From: Basidiobolus meristosporus CBS 931.73
Lineage: Eukaryota; Fungi; Basidiobolomycota
DNA: 64,000 nt
Assembly (NCBI GenBank): GCA_002104905.1
Contig: MCFE01000052.1
Location: 131,876-195,875 of the forward strand
Direction of reading: 5' to 3'
Shown here: positions 1 through 13,417 of the stretch, one piece after another
How the letters are laid out: the number at the start of each line of letters is the position of its first letter
How positions within the stretch are numbered: position 1 is the stretch's first letter
Translations under genes and position numbers: made by a program
Notes under the pieces: model-generated
What the model was told of the DNA's origin: nothing
Databases searched by the model: none
The model's input: the letters and a program-made list of their open reading frames with translations, nothing else

Positions 1-120
1 TTGTGTATAAAGCACTATATTATCTGGTAAAATCAAGATGGTTTCTACAGCGTATTTTATCAGATATATGAAAGTCCAACTATTATTATCTAAATTGGCT
101 ATATCCGTTATTATGGGCTA

Positions 121-806
121 CGTGGTAAGAGTAACCAAGGGTGACAAGGGGGTCACAGTGGCGTATGGACTGAAGAGTGCCAATGTTGTCAAGGCTGATC
201 TCGAGTCATCGAATGGTGTGATTCACATCATTGATCAGGTCCTGTTGCCTCCGGTGAAGCCCAGCCAGACCGCGTCCAATGCCAATCTCACCGCCCTCGT
301 GGATGCTCTCACCAAGGCCAATCTTGTGGAAACCGTAGACGGGACTGAAGGGTGCTACCATCTTCGCCCCAGTGGATGAGGCATTCAAGAAGGCCAATGC
401 TGGCTCGCTGAATGCCACCGCTCTCACCAACGTCCTCAAGTACCATGTGGTCAGTCCAGGTGTCAAGTACTCCACCGACCTCAAGGATGGCGACAAGCTG
501 ACCACAGTGCAGGGGGATGTGCTGAACGTGAAGATCGCCAATGGGAGTGTGACCATCAATGGGGCCAAGGTGGTCACTGCGAATGTACTCACGAGCAACG
601 GTGTAGTTCATGTTCTGGATGGGTTGTTGATCCCAGGACAACGATCGAATTCGCGTGCAACCAATACTACCAATTCTACAACTGACCCTGAAAGTGCTAC
701 GTCTTCTGATTGTGGTGAGCTTCGCCTTGGTGTTATTTCATTAAGAATAATGATATTTCTCGATTGCTTTCATAAGCGGTCAAATATTTACAATAATACG
801 TATTGA
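121..806 (+). CDS. Fasciclin (FAS1) domain protein, 3' part (end of one FAS1 domain plus a complete second one); one-base frameshift near 341-343; 5' end not resolved
   Basis: H2 motif 'SSNGVIHIIDQVLLP' in ORF 38-379. 'TIFAPVDEAF...LKYHVV...SNGVVHVLDGLLIP' in ORF 372-806. Removing one G from GACGGGACTG joins the frames as ...VDGLKGATIFAP. Confidence 0.8.
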
Positions 807-1997
807 TGATTAATCTATCGACTCACCAGAATCGATCAATAGTCGATTAATCCGCAAAGGATGATTTCAATTCACCCCTGAACGATAAAAATTTTAATTA
901 TGGCATTTTAAAACCATACCCATATAATCGCTTGGGAGTATATTGATTGCCAGAAGCATTCATTATAACTAATGAGGATTAGGTTAGTTCTGATCTGGAC
1001 TACAGAGGTTCGACGCATTTATAGATGTGGATGACATGAACGACTTGTATTTTTCATAAATTTCGGGGCACATTTCAGCTGAATTTGCAACCGAATCACC
1101 CTAGCTTTATTGTTGCATCTTTATACCAATAGCCTGAGTGTAGCTAGCGGACTTTCTAGAACATTAGTCCGGTGTTCTTTCAAGGAATGTCTGGTCAATT
1201 TCCGTAAGATCGTCAGTACCATTCAGATGATTAATGTTTTTCGGCAGAATTCACTAAAGTCAAAAGCCTAATAATTTGGCATGACCTGCCTCCAAATACC
1301 TTCCATGCACACTTCGTCATAGCTGTTTTACAGCGTACATGCTTTCATGAGAAACTCGTCAGGAAATCTGCCCTAATCACGATCAAGTCTTTGGCCTCAT
1401 GAGTATCTGACATTGGTTGTTCAATTTTGGGACCGGGTTCCATGTGCAGTGCTGGAACGGTGATCCGTATATGGGGCAATCCAGTTTGATGCTATCACGA
1501 TTGTATCGATATGTAACTTGATAAACTATATTTAATAAGCTAATACCACCACATTTATTTGGTAGATTCATATTGAATGAGTGTACACACTTACCAATTC
1601 TCCTTTCACACTCTGGACTCTACTAGTGAAGATCCGGGTAGGCTTGACCTTCTTACAGCAACATTTTCATACTAAGACTCCGGAATGAAGTACAAAAGCA
1701 CCTCCAGTATATACACTTGCTGCTGGAGAATTTGTCAGCAAAGATGCCGACACTAAAAACCACTCATATCTCAAGCCCTATTTACTGCATTTCGGCCAAG
1801 ATATTATGGTGATCTCCAAAAGCACATGATCCCTACAACTATCGCTGAAATGAGTCAGTTTCCATGTACTACGTAAAGTTGCCATCTCGGACTCCATCCA
1901 TCCGGACACCTTTCTCCTACAACACAGCGAAGAATACCGCTTTTTCAACGTAGCCCGAACTTCACAGAACAAACGGCACTGAACCACCACCAACCCA

Positions 1998-2714
1998 ATG
2001 CAATTCAAAAAAGTCGGCGTCTGGATTCTGTCCATTCTCGCTGCTCTACTAGCGGTGCTTATAGCTGACCATAAGCTGGAGACCTGTCTCATAAGGAACC
2101 AACTGTTCAACCTGATGTGGGATTATATGGGACCAGGGGTAGATGAATGCTTGACTCCTACCAAACTTTCACTGCTGAAGCAGGTAACAGGAAAGGTAGT
2201 GGAGCTGGGACCCGGGCACGGTTCGAACTTTAAGTACTTTGCCAAAAATAGTGTAACTAAGGTGTACGCCGTTGAACCCAACCTTTCTATGCACCCGAAG
2301 CTTAGCTCAACGGCAAAGGACGTTGGACTTGACGTAGAAATCATCGGAGCGTTGTGGGAGAATTCCAATCTCGAACGTGGCTCTTTCGATACGGTGGTCT
2401 CCAACCTGGTGCTGTGCTCTGTGAACGATCTGCAAGGTAGCCTAGATCTAATCCAAGATTATTTGAGGCCAGGTGGGGTTTTCCTTTTCATCGAGCATGT
2501 TGCCCAACCTAACGGGACTGCCTGGCGAACCGCTCAAAATCTCATCAATCCATTCTGGAAATACATTGGCGATAATTGCCAGGTAAATCGGGAAACCGGC
2601 ATGTTGTTGAAAGCCATGCAAGGATGGAAAGAAGTGAGCATCGAATCTGAAGACTTATGCGGCGGTATGGGTCTCGTCAACCCAAAAATATACGGGTATG
2701 CCATCAAAGCATAA
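1998..2714 (+). CDS. Class I SAM-dependent methyltransferase (Methyltransf_11, METTL7/TMT1-like) with N-terminal hydrophobic anchor
   Basis: 238-aa intronless ORF with 'VVELGPGHGSNF' motif I, 'SFDTVVSNLVLCSV', 'LRPGGVFLFIEHV' and 'NCQVNRET'. Confidence 0.9.
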   Translation: MQFKKVGVWILSILAALLAVLIADHKLETCLIRNQLFNLMWDYMGPGVDECLTPTKLSLLKQVTGKVVELGPGHGSNFKYFAKNSVTKVYAVEPNLSMHPKLSSTAKDVGLDVEIIGALWENSNLERGSFDTVVSNLVLCSVNDLQGSLDLIQDYLRPGGVFLFIEHVAQPNGTAWRTAQNLINPFWKYIGDNCQVNRETGMLLKAMQGWKEVSIESEDLCGGMGLVNPKIYGYAIKA

Positions 2715-4556
2715 ATGCTCGAGGTACATCCAATGTATTAGCTTATCAATAAATAAAGCCACTTGAGAAGATAAACACATGCTACGACCATCCACACATA
2801 CCAATCAAGAGAATGCCTGTGTTTTACAGTGGGCAGCCTGCAGGCTTCGGGTGCTGGTTTTAGAAAGGCAAATCCACGTCATTATGGAGGATGAGGTGCA
2901 GGAACATGGAACGGAATGAAATACATCCATGTTTCTCTCATGTCAAGCACAGATCTTGATATGAGAAGTCCCGGGCCTCCATTGTTGAACACATTCTTCC
3001 GTAATGCATGGATGGGCGCCATTCCAGCGCCTAAATAGAGCTTCACTGATATTTCGACCGAATCAGAAACGACATTTCCTTATTTCTGTATGGTATCAGT
3101 ACTTCGATTAGATAAGAGCACTAGTGTCCAGATAATTGTCTTGGGTAAGGCAACAAATGTGATACACGAGACCTCAAAATGGGCTGGTCCCGGACATGGG
3201 ATTCCGTTGTGTACTCGGGCCGCCGAAAACCTTGGCTGTTGGTTTGTTCAAGAGAACCTATAATGACCACTCAGCCTCAACTCGTTTCTCCTAGCTGGAT
3301 AATGTCCATGGTCTCAGGACAAGGGGATGTTACGTCAATGAATAAGGCAGAATTAGTATATACGTTTCACTCTATAGTAAGTTGACTACAGAGAGTGGAG
3401 TTCATAATGCAGAAGACATCATCCACCCTTACGAAAAACAGCAGATTTGAGACCTTGTGACAAGTCATATTGTCCATAAGCCCGAAAACCACTTTTCAGG
3501 TTATAATACAAGTCAATATGATCGGTCTAAAGGTCTACCCCATGGCCCATATTCGAATACAATGGATAAAATTGATCGTATTTAAAGGACATATATAGAT
3601 ACTGTTACTGTGGTTACTATTACTGTTGCCATTACCATATCTCGACTTGCAAGGTTCACACGGAATTCAACGCAATCTGTTGCGAGGGAATGGCAAGATT
3701 CGCCAGCCTAAAGGAAATTACATCACTATTCAATCATTTCGGCTTACAATTGGTCACACAGACATCTGGGGCAAACATACAGATTTATCGTTGTATGAAA
3801 CTATCCGTCAAGGCCATTGGATCTGCGCGATGTAACTAGAGTTGATTTAGCCAAATGACGAGGGATATTACGATGGATTTACGTATAGTTGGCGATATTA
3901 TCTTGGTGAAAACACCGCAAACTCTGATTTTATCATCCGCCAATTGGGACCAGATTCTGTTGATTTCCAATTCGGTGTATCGCTCATGCCACCCTATAGC
4001 AACCAATACTCACGGGCTGCGTATCTATTTGGACACTTGTGTACATGGAAAATCTCCATTGAAACACTGGCCTGTTACGCTGATGTGGATGAGCGCGCGT
4101 CGCCTGGATTTCTCATCTGACGAGTTTGTCAACCAAAGCATAATCTCAACAAATCACTGTCCATTTCCTTTTATGTCGTCGATGTAATATATACCTTTTC
4201 CCATTTATATCCACGTTTGAAAAATACACTCTTCCTGAGAGAAATAAACTCAATGGCTTGCCTAAAGTTTGACCTTAATTTACCAATTTAAGTCACAGCG
4301 CTATATGAAAACCTTAGTTTGCGTGAGCTCGATTCAATAAGAATTCCATAGGAACTGTTGGTAGGTTGTCGAGTATAAAAACCCGCATGGGCACCTCTCT
4401 CTTGAAAAAACAGTTCGCCCTCACTTATCAGCTAGAAAGCGGGTATTCATTACATTCTCCGAGAATAGCCTGCTACCAATCCTTCTCTGGCAGCCCTTTC
4501 AATTTCTGTTTCGAAAAGGGGTCAAATCCATCAAACCTTCAATATCCGCTGTTACG

Positions 4557-7500
4557 ATGGCGTCCATAAATATAGCCTGGCTTCTTGCTGTCATTGCCTT
4601 GATAGCTCAAGTTAACTCGGTCCCGTTGATCCCAAGTGAGTGTGACTGTCCATCATGGCTCATAATTGTACGTGGTGCTAATGATACTTTTGTTTATAGT
4701 AAATGAGAAAACCGCTAGTGGTCAAACATGCCCTTTGGGTACTAGAAAGCATGCCATGTGCCCCGTATTGTGTGTGAGTGATATTAGCCAATGCCCCGAA
4801 TCAATCCGACCATCTTGTCCAGAGGGCCAAACCTATTGTTCTGATGGTTCTTGCAAGAGCTCATGCTCAGGCGTGAACAGTAAATGTACTTGTCCAGGAA
4901 TTGAACTGGCCCAACAATACTATCCTTGCAAGGATGGCCAGTGGGTAAATGTTCCACAATTTGATCCAAAGAAAGCCGACTCACAGACTGCCGAAGTATG
5001 CGCAGGCAATTTGGGTCTTAGCAATATCCCCCAAGTTGGGCCTGGTGTGAGTGGAAGCCAAATGTGGCTTTCTTGTCCCAAGAGCACCCAAGTCCAACAG
5101 TTCTCATACACAGAGCCAATGTGGATTGGAGTGTGGACGATTTTGGCCATAGAGGTGTTCCTTCTTGTCACATGGCATCTATACAAGGTCTTCGCCGAAA
5201 GGAGGGTTCGTAAGGATTTCGAATCTCGCCGTCTAGAGGCCGCTCAAAATGAACGCGACATGTCGATGATGGAGAAAAGTAACGAAAAGATCAAGAAGGA
5301 TCAAGTGGAGGTCGACGAAGATCAAGATAACAACGATTTTATCATCAAAGGATACAACAACAATTTCTACGGAACCATCGGATTCTTCTCCGTTATATTC
5401 ATGGTACTTGGGTGGTTCGTCTGGATGGGTGTTCTGACCGGAGATTATTACGGAACCATCACTGGTGCACCATTCGGGATCACCAAATTAGATGGAACCT
5501 TATCCTCGAATGTATTTGTTTCCGTATGGTACTTCGCTGCTTTCTGGATGTTGGGTGTCAATATTCTTCGTGCACGTATCCGCAATTACTTCCGCATTCA
5601 AAGCTATCCAAATACCTCCAGGTACATCCAATTCGAGCGTGAACTGAAAACCAACATTCTCCTTGATGATCAAAGCCGCCTCTTGGTTGCAGTCAGAAAA
5701 GTGGAAGCTAAACTCAAGCACTTCTTTGGCTGGGATTACCATGTTACCACATGCCTGGTGCAAAGAACTACCCTCGGACGCCGCTTTTTCGAGTTCCAGT
5801 GCACCCGATTCGTATTCGATGACGATATCCAAGATTACAAGCCATTCCAAATTGAAGTTGGCCATAGCAACCATGACCTGCTCCAACAAGTGAATGGACT
5901 GTCCAACGAAGAAGCCATCAAACGAAAGGAGTTGGTAGGAAGTAACTTCATCAGCGTCAAGGTCCCCTCGTTCCCGGTAGCCTTGTTGCAGGAGTTTACC
6001 TCGTTCTTCTACTTGTACCAGTTCATGATCCTATGGCTTTTCTATTACTACAACTATTACTACATCGGTATTGTGGATACCGCTGTAATCCTGATTTCTT
6101 CGCTGATCCGTGTGATCACCAGACTGACCTCCGAGCATCGAGTCAAGAAGATGGCTGAGCATCAAAGTGACTGCTTTGTACTTCGTGATGGCCAATGGAA
6201 AGAACTCTCTACTGCTGACCTGGTACCGGGTGATGTGTTTGAAGTAACCAAGGATATGGTGGTACCTTGTGATGGTGTTGTGATCAGTGGTAATATCGTT
6301 GCCGATGAGAGTTCGCTTACCGGAGAGCCATTGCCGATCCGAAAGTTCCCATTAAAGGACGATAACATGGAATATGATGCGGCTGGATCCGGTAAAAATA
6401 ACACTCTATACGCTGGAACCACCATCTCACAAGCCACCCCAATCGGCCAAGGTGCTCAACAGAAGGTAACAGCCTTGGTGCTCCGAACAAACACCTCCAC
6501 CGATAAAGGAAAGCTTGTGCGTAAAATCCTCTTCCCCAACCCCATCCTGTTCATCTTCGACGAGCAACTACGCATTGTCATGGCTGTTCTGCTCGTTTAC
6601 GGCTTAGTTTGTTTCGGAGTTGCCCTCTGGCTTGGTGGTAGAGGTGACATCGCTGCCTGGTTCTACGGCATGTTCACCATCTCGCAGATCATTACTCCAC
6701 TACTTCCTGCCGCCTTGGTTGTTGGTCAGAGTGTAGCAGCCAACCGCTTACGTAAACTGAAAATCTTCTGTGTTGATCTTCCAAGAATCATCATTGCCGG
6801 CAAAGTCCGCATCTTCTGCTTCGATAAAACCGGCACACTGACCAAGGAGGGGCTCGAATTCTACGGGGTCCAGCCGATCAACACCTATGACGAAACGGAA
6901 AGCACCCTGACCGAAAAGAACGGCCCACCCCAGTTCTTGGCAAGAAACGGGAACTTCGTCGATATTGCTCGGATCATTCGTCTAGGTGTCGCCACATGCC
7001 ATACTGTAACCAAGGTCGAGGATCAACTGATTGGTAATCCAGTGGATATTGAAATGTTCCGTTCGACTAAATGGGAACTCGCCCCACAGGCAGAGGGAAA
7101 CTATCTGGACACTCTGATCCCCACCGAGGAACCTAATGCAACACCAATCCATGTGGTGAAGAGATACGAATTTGTTCATGCGCGTGCCTCGATGTCGGTC
7201 GCTATTCTCGATCCTACCACTGGTCACGTCCACGTATACGTAAAAGGGTCCTTCGAAAAAGTAAAGGAGCTGTGTGACCCAGCGTCAATCCCCGAGGACT
7301 ACGATGGCATGTGCAACAAGCTAGCAATGGAAGGATGCTATGTTCTGGCTATGGCATACCGTGATTTGGGTAAAATTGATCCCAACTCCATCCATGAATG
7401 GTCTCGCGAGGAAATGGAGAGCCAAGTCAAACTAATGGGCCTCGTTCTCTTCAAAAACATGCTCAAGGAAGATACAACCGATGCCATTGCACAGCTCAAG

Positions 7501-8823
7501 GAAGGAGGTACCCGTACCGTGATGATCACCGGTGATACCGCATTGACTGGAATCTATATTGCCCGCCAGTGTGGCATGATCCCACCCAATAACCGCGTCC
7601 TTCTTGGCGATATATCCAAGAGTGGGGAACTCTTATGGACTGATGTGGATACAGGAGAGCCCTCGAACATGGAGCAAGCTGTAATCGACAAGTCCAACGT
7701 TCCGGTGGAACTGGCGGTAACCAATAAGGCCTTCAACTACATGACCGAAGACGACTCTATCCGTAAGTACCTGTTGGACGTCCGCGTATTTGCCAGAATG
7801 AAGCCCAACGATAAGGTTGAATGTGTGCAATTACACATGGAGCGTGGGGTTACAGCCATGTGCGGTGATGGTGGTAATGACTGTGGCGCTCTTCGTGCCT
7901 CTCATGTTGGACTTGCTTTGAGCGAAGCCGAAGCCTCCATCGTATCACCTTTCAGTAGTAGCACCCGCTCCATCATCTCTTGCGTGGAACTCTTGAAGCA
8001 AGGACGAGCTGCATTGGCAACTTCGTTTGCTGCCTACAAGTATTTGATCATGTACGGGCAGACCATGGCTTGGGTGAAAATCTTCAGTTTCTACTACTCG
8101 ATGCAACCCTCGCAAAACGTATGGATTCTGGTGGATGCCTTTGTGACTGTTGGTCTGGCTTGGGCCGTAACCCAATCCCAAGCTGCCTCTAGATTAGCCG
8201 ATACCCGCCCTACTGCTCGTATTCTTGGTCCGGAAACACTAGCCTCAGTCCTGGGACAGATCGTTATCAATCACCTGTTCTTCATTGGAGCATTTATCTT
8301 CCTTCGCCAACAGAGCTGGTATCGCTGCAATGAATTCGACTCGAGCATCGTCGATTACGCCAAATGGTGGCTCTTGGGTGACAACTATGAATCTCAGACC
8401 GCTTCTTTCGTCTCTCTATATCAGTTCGTTAACGCAGCCATGGTATTCAACTTTGGTCATAAATACCGCGCAGCCTGGTGGAGAAATTGGAAACTGCTTA
8501 TTCTCTGGGCCGGATTCCTGGTAATTGTGATGTTCTCCGAGCTTGCAGATCCCAATCGACTCGGTTGCCTGCTACGCCTGAACTGCGGCACCCCTGAGGT
8601 CCTTGAGGAATTAGGATACGGTTATCCCAGCTGGTACATCGAGCCATACAGCTTGCCACAAGGTCACAATGTATATCCAACTGATTTTAGATGGAAACTC
8701 TGGGGATTAAGTATTGCCAACATGGCTGTTGGCATCCTGTGGCAAGTAGTGGTTGTTCTTGGGCCAGTGCGAGAATACGCAAAACGCAGATATCCACTTG
8801 ATAGATTGAAGCTCAAGTTGTAA
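4557..8823 (+). CDS. P5-type P-type ATPase with signal peptide and Cys-rich N-terminal ectodomain; exon 1 4557-4635, intron 4636-4699
   Basis: DKTGTLT phosphorylation motif, LTGE, MITGD, VFARMKP, GDGGND. Exon 1 encodes MASINIAWLLAVIALIAQVNSVPLIP. The GTGAGT...CTAAT...TAG intron joins it in frame to the 4666-8823 ORF. Confidence 0.93.
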
Positions 8824-8969
8824 ACAAAAGATCCTTCACACCCCCTCATGTATTTTACTTCATCCTTCACTTCTGTTGATGCTTGCCATCACCCAAACTA
8901 ATATCACCACCATCATTATATTCAATTAATAAAGTTTCTAAAATAGAAGTCCCTGGCCCTGTTTATTCG

Positions 8970-10052
8970 TTAAGAATTGCCTACTGAATTGCCTGCGATA
9001 AAGGAGCGAATTTCCTCCTTGAAACCCGACTGTTGGTAAGTATTTTCATGGGTCCCATATGGGAATTTTACGATCTTCGAGGTGTTCAATCTTGAGCTCA
9101 ACTCTAATGATTTCCAGAGGTTCAACATCATATCAGTGGGAACGATGGCATCTTGCTGCGAGGATAGAATCAAGACCGGTGTACGCCGCATCTGCTTCAT
9201 CAGAGTCTCCGACTCCCATCGATTCCACAAAAACCATTTCGCAAGGTACCGATATGGCAGCCAGGCAGGATACAGGTGGTGCACCATGTCCATTATGGAG
9301 GTGAATGTATTTTCGAGAACCAGCCCAGCAACACGGCTCTTCTCGGGATGGCGAGTCTCTACCTGGTGCGCGAGGTATGCTGCCACTGCACCACCCAAAC
9401 TATGCCCGTAAAGGAATATTTGCGAGTGCGGGAATTTCTTTTCGACGTAGTTCAGTATGCATAGGCTATCTTGCTGCAGCCCTTTTTCGCTGGGAGAACC
9501 TGTGGAACCGCCATATCCACGATAATCAAAAGCCACCACTGCAATGTCAGGTACGGCTCGGGTAAATGTAGCGAATACCGGGATGCGATGGCCAACATTA
9601 CCAGCATTACTAGAGCATAAAACAGAAGTGAAAACAAGGTTACTACCTTGGTATCAACACTTCGCTATGTGAAGTCCATACCCGTGAAAATACAAAAGCA
9701 CCTGCTTCGGTTCTGGCAACACTGCGGCTTCTAAGCTCTCTTTTCTCCTCACACTGATACCCTCAAGTGTACAATTGTCCACCGTTCTTACCGTTAGCTT
9801 TTCGAAAAGATGGCCAGAGGGATTCTGTGGAAGCTCTATTGGTTGTCTAGAACCAGGGGGTAGATATGACATGTAGACAATTTTATTCTGGAACAACACC
9901 ATCATCGCTGATTTGTAGGCGTACATCCCCAACGGAACACCGAGCACGATGCCTACCAGCGTTGCCGTGGTAGAAAGGAGACGTCTAGGTGGACGATGGA
10001 GAAGGCTATTGCATGACAACTTGCTTCCGAACTGAAAGCCTCCACGATACAT
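8970..10052 (-). CDS. BEM46: ABHD13/Bem46-like alpha/beta hydrolase (at least 2 exons)
   Basis: 'QNKIVY..LP', 'LLYFHG', 'FDYRGYGGSTGSPSEKGLQQD', nucleophile 'GHSLGGAVA', 'LENTFTSI', 'DAIVP', 'GTHENT'. Confidence 0.88.
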
Positions 10053-10367
10053 GATACTACAGTCTATAGTGACGCACGGCTTCCGTACGGATAGGTTTTG
10101 CCACCAATTTCCAAAAAAAAGTGGCTTGATTACCGAGAGATAAAGACAAGACCCATCTCACATGATGTGATATCGTGGCCGCAGGCCTTCGGTTACTTTT
10201 ATTAAATAATGACTTAGATTAAAGGATGCATGATGTTTATAGAAGTAAATAAGCGATGATTGTAGAAGAAACTAAATAGAAGGATGTGGAGACTAGTGAT
10301 AGTATCTATGAGAGAATAAAAGAGGAAAATATTTACTCGAAACGGACGAAGAAAATTAAAGTGATTT

Positions 10368-12291
10368 TTAAACGCCCCTGGCAACGCCGTTCATCATTCC
10401 ATCATAGAGGGAGCCTTCTCCGATAAAATTCTCGGTAGTGCTAGAAGCGGGAAATCCATTGGCAAGTTCCGAATCGTTCCCGTTCTTGGGGGGTCGGGGT
10501 GGGTTGCCACATCGATCTTTGCCGTAGTTGATACGGAAGTTTGCATAATCCATGTTGGACTTGATCCCGTCGATGGCCTTGACGGCAGAGAGGATGTTGG
10601 TGAAGTTGACAAATGCGCAATTCTTGTCTTTTAACGTATTGACAAGCTCGATCTCCCCAAATACCGAAAAGTCTTGCTTCAGCTTCTCCTCGGTAATACT
10701 ATCGTCGATGTTGCCTATGTAAACATTGCGTGTGGCGCCTGATTGAACAGCCATGGCCACTGCGGGAGGGAGAGGGGTGTTCTTGCCCCACCCAACCTTC
10801 AACCTGCGGTTCTTTATGACGATTCCGGTATAGCTAGCGAGGTTGTAGAAACTCATGGCTGCATTTGGATCAACAAAGCTAACGAAAGCTATATGTTTAT
10901 CGGTCATGAACCGAATTTGATGGAGAATCCCACCACGAACGACATTGCAGATGTCCTCGCAGGTAGTTTCCGGGTGAATGTTCCCGAGATAGATTGTACG
11001 GTTGCTACCAGCGTTGCCAAAGTTGGGCGCGGAAAATTGGCCATTGGCATCATGAGGTAGACCACCTCCAGAATACGGATCAAAAGAAATCCCATTGAAG
11101 TGATTGTTCCCATTGTATCCGTTAGAATAACCGAGATTGTTGACTCCGTTGTTGGCCAGGTATCCATTGTTCTGGGAGGTTTTTGTGGGCTGGGCGCATC
11201 TGTCTTTGCCATAGTTCACTCGCTTGCCAGACCACTTAGGATCAGACTGCAAAGTGGCCACGCACTTGACAGCATTGGTGATGGACAGAAAGTGCACGAA
11301 GCCAATGTTTTTCTCGCGGATGATTTTTATCGTATCGATGGGCCCAAACACTGACAACTCTTCCCGAAGACTATCCTCATTGGTGAACTCATCCAGACTT
11401 CCAAGGTAAACATTTCGTGTAGCGCCGGTCTGCACCGCCACTAAGACATTGCTTGGAACAGGGGATGGCTTTCCCCAGCCAACCTTAAGATCCTGCCCCC
11501 TCAACATAATCTTTTTGGTATTGGCATCATGATAGAAAGCATGGGCACTATTTCCATCCAGGAACGAAATAAAAATACAATTTTTCTCCGGAAGCAGCTT
11601 GACACTTTCGATTGGACCCCCTCGGACCTGACCAAGAACCTCATCCACCGGCGTGTCAGAGGAAATGTTCCCAACATAAATTGTTCTCCCTACAGAATAT
11701 GGTCAGTGTTAAGGAATCCCGAATTCCACGAGCGACCAGGCACTAACCCATACCACCGTAAGTGTTTCCATTTTGGATTTGTGGAAGAATATGAGGGAAC
11801 TGGTTGTTGTTCTGATATTGGTGGTTGAAGACCTGATACTGAGGGGAAACCAACAGTGGCGGCGCCATGGAGGGATATTGGCTGTACATGCCACTGGCTG
11901 GGGTGCTTACTGGAAGACCAAGGCCAAGCCCCTGTGGAGATCCGTTTCCAGTGAGTGGGTAGTTATATTCCTGAGGGAAAAACCGGATAGTTTAGTATAA
12001 GGCTTTTGGTAAGGGAAAATTACTGGTGCGAAGGGCCCAAAATAAACGAAGCAAGCTTTGCGAGGGAAAAGATGCCAGCAATACACTCAAGCACTCGGAC
12101 AATCCCGAGCTTCCTCAAATCTGCACCAAGGCGAGAAGCGACTAAACAGGTGGTTTAAAGGGGGGGCTGAAGCAAAAGTGTCTGGTCAAGCTACAAGATG
12201 AAGCACAAAAGGGGCAAACCAGCAACCAGAGATTAGATAGGACAGAGAAGATACTTACAAACTCGACTTTCTGAGAGGCGTGTTCTTTCAT
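10368..12291 (-). CDS. Four-RRM RNA-binding protein (yeast Mrn1 / S. pombe Nrd1-like); 5' exons approximate
   Basis: Repeated 'RNVYLG/RTIYLG/RNVYIG' RNP2 motifs, with 'KVGWGK' and 'NYGKDRC' RRM ends. Putative introns at 11971-12023 and from 12258; candidate ATG at 12291. Confidence 0.85.
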
Positions 12292-13417
12292 ACAATGCAA
12301 TTTAAGAAAAGAAATGATATCGGGTGAATAAAAATGCCAAAAGTGCCTTGTGGGAGAGAATGAAAAGAAAGAACCAAGGCTTAGAAATGAATGGAATTGA
12401 GTTGATATATTGGGAGCCCGGCTCTATGAGATGGGTACTAAAAGAGGGGGGTAGTGCGATGCACAGAAACGGTCAGAAAATTAACTTAATGTTGCATTAA
12501 AAGATTGCTGGGACATTTTGGTATGAGAAAATAGAAATTCCACTACAGATCAATAACAAACTAGAGCACTATTCCGAGACTCGACATTTTTTCTTTTTTT
12601 TCTTATCGCTGATGAGAGATTCCCGTAATTTGCCCATCCAAATGGGACCCATCCTGAACGGCTGGTGGTGAGCCAACATCCCTGCACAATGCCCTCCGCA
12701 GAGGACGTACGAATCTACCTGAGCTCTTGGTGGGAGAGATCTTGGTTGAGCATTCACATCCAAGCCTTTACCCCATTTCTTTCACACAAATTAACTTAGT
12801 ATTACACCAGGAATATATCTGGGCAGCACACGGGATTGATTGGTGGACGAGTCATCGTGGCAATAAGCTTTGGGTGGATTTTCTTGTATAAATATTGCCT
12901 ATCTCGTTGTCAAGCATAAATGTTGGATCCACACCGCCGATATATATTAAGAATGATTCGACTATCGTACAATTGGCTATTTTTTAAGATACTTGATTGT
13001 CCGGCCATGTCATGACTATCTCATTGCCTGCTTTGTTTCTTACATTGCGCTGGTTACTAGCGAATACAGGTATAGCCAAGACATAATGTGATGTTGATGT
13101 ATAATTCCTCGATACAGGCGACACAGGCGTGCATTGCACTATAGAGGAGTCGTTAAAATACAAGGGTGAGGTAAAAATTAATCCTTCAACCAAGAGCAAG
13201 CTCGAGTTGAATGAGAATGAAATAATGATAATGATAGTAATAATAATACAGGTGGTGTGGAACGGGGTGGAGGGTGAGGCCAACGTTGCTTGGATCGCTT
13301 GCGAAGTAAAAGGGATAGTGGCTTGACAAAGTATTGAGAAAAGATTATGTTGACGGGGGTGGAGGCAGGGCATATATATATATACACCGGTCGAATCTAA
13401 GTTGAATTCAGTTTCTT

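Noticed and set aside
2800-4500. Short ORFs (3179-3385, 3626-3835, 3855-4187) that might be a decayed gene
   Set aside because: No convincing family motif and the frames are interrupted. A faint glycosyltransferase-like 'DVDE' is too weak to call.
12561-12587. 9-codon minus-strand ORF (MSSLGIVL*) upstream of the RRM gene, a possible uORF
   Set aside because: The transcription start is unknown and such short ORFs arise by chance.
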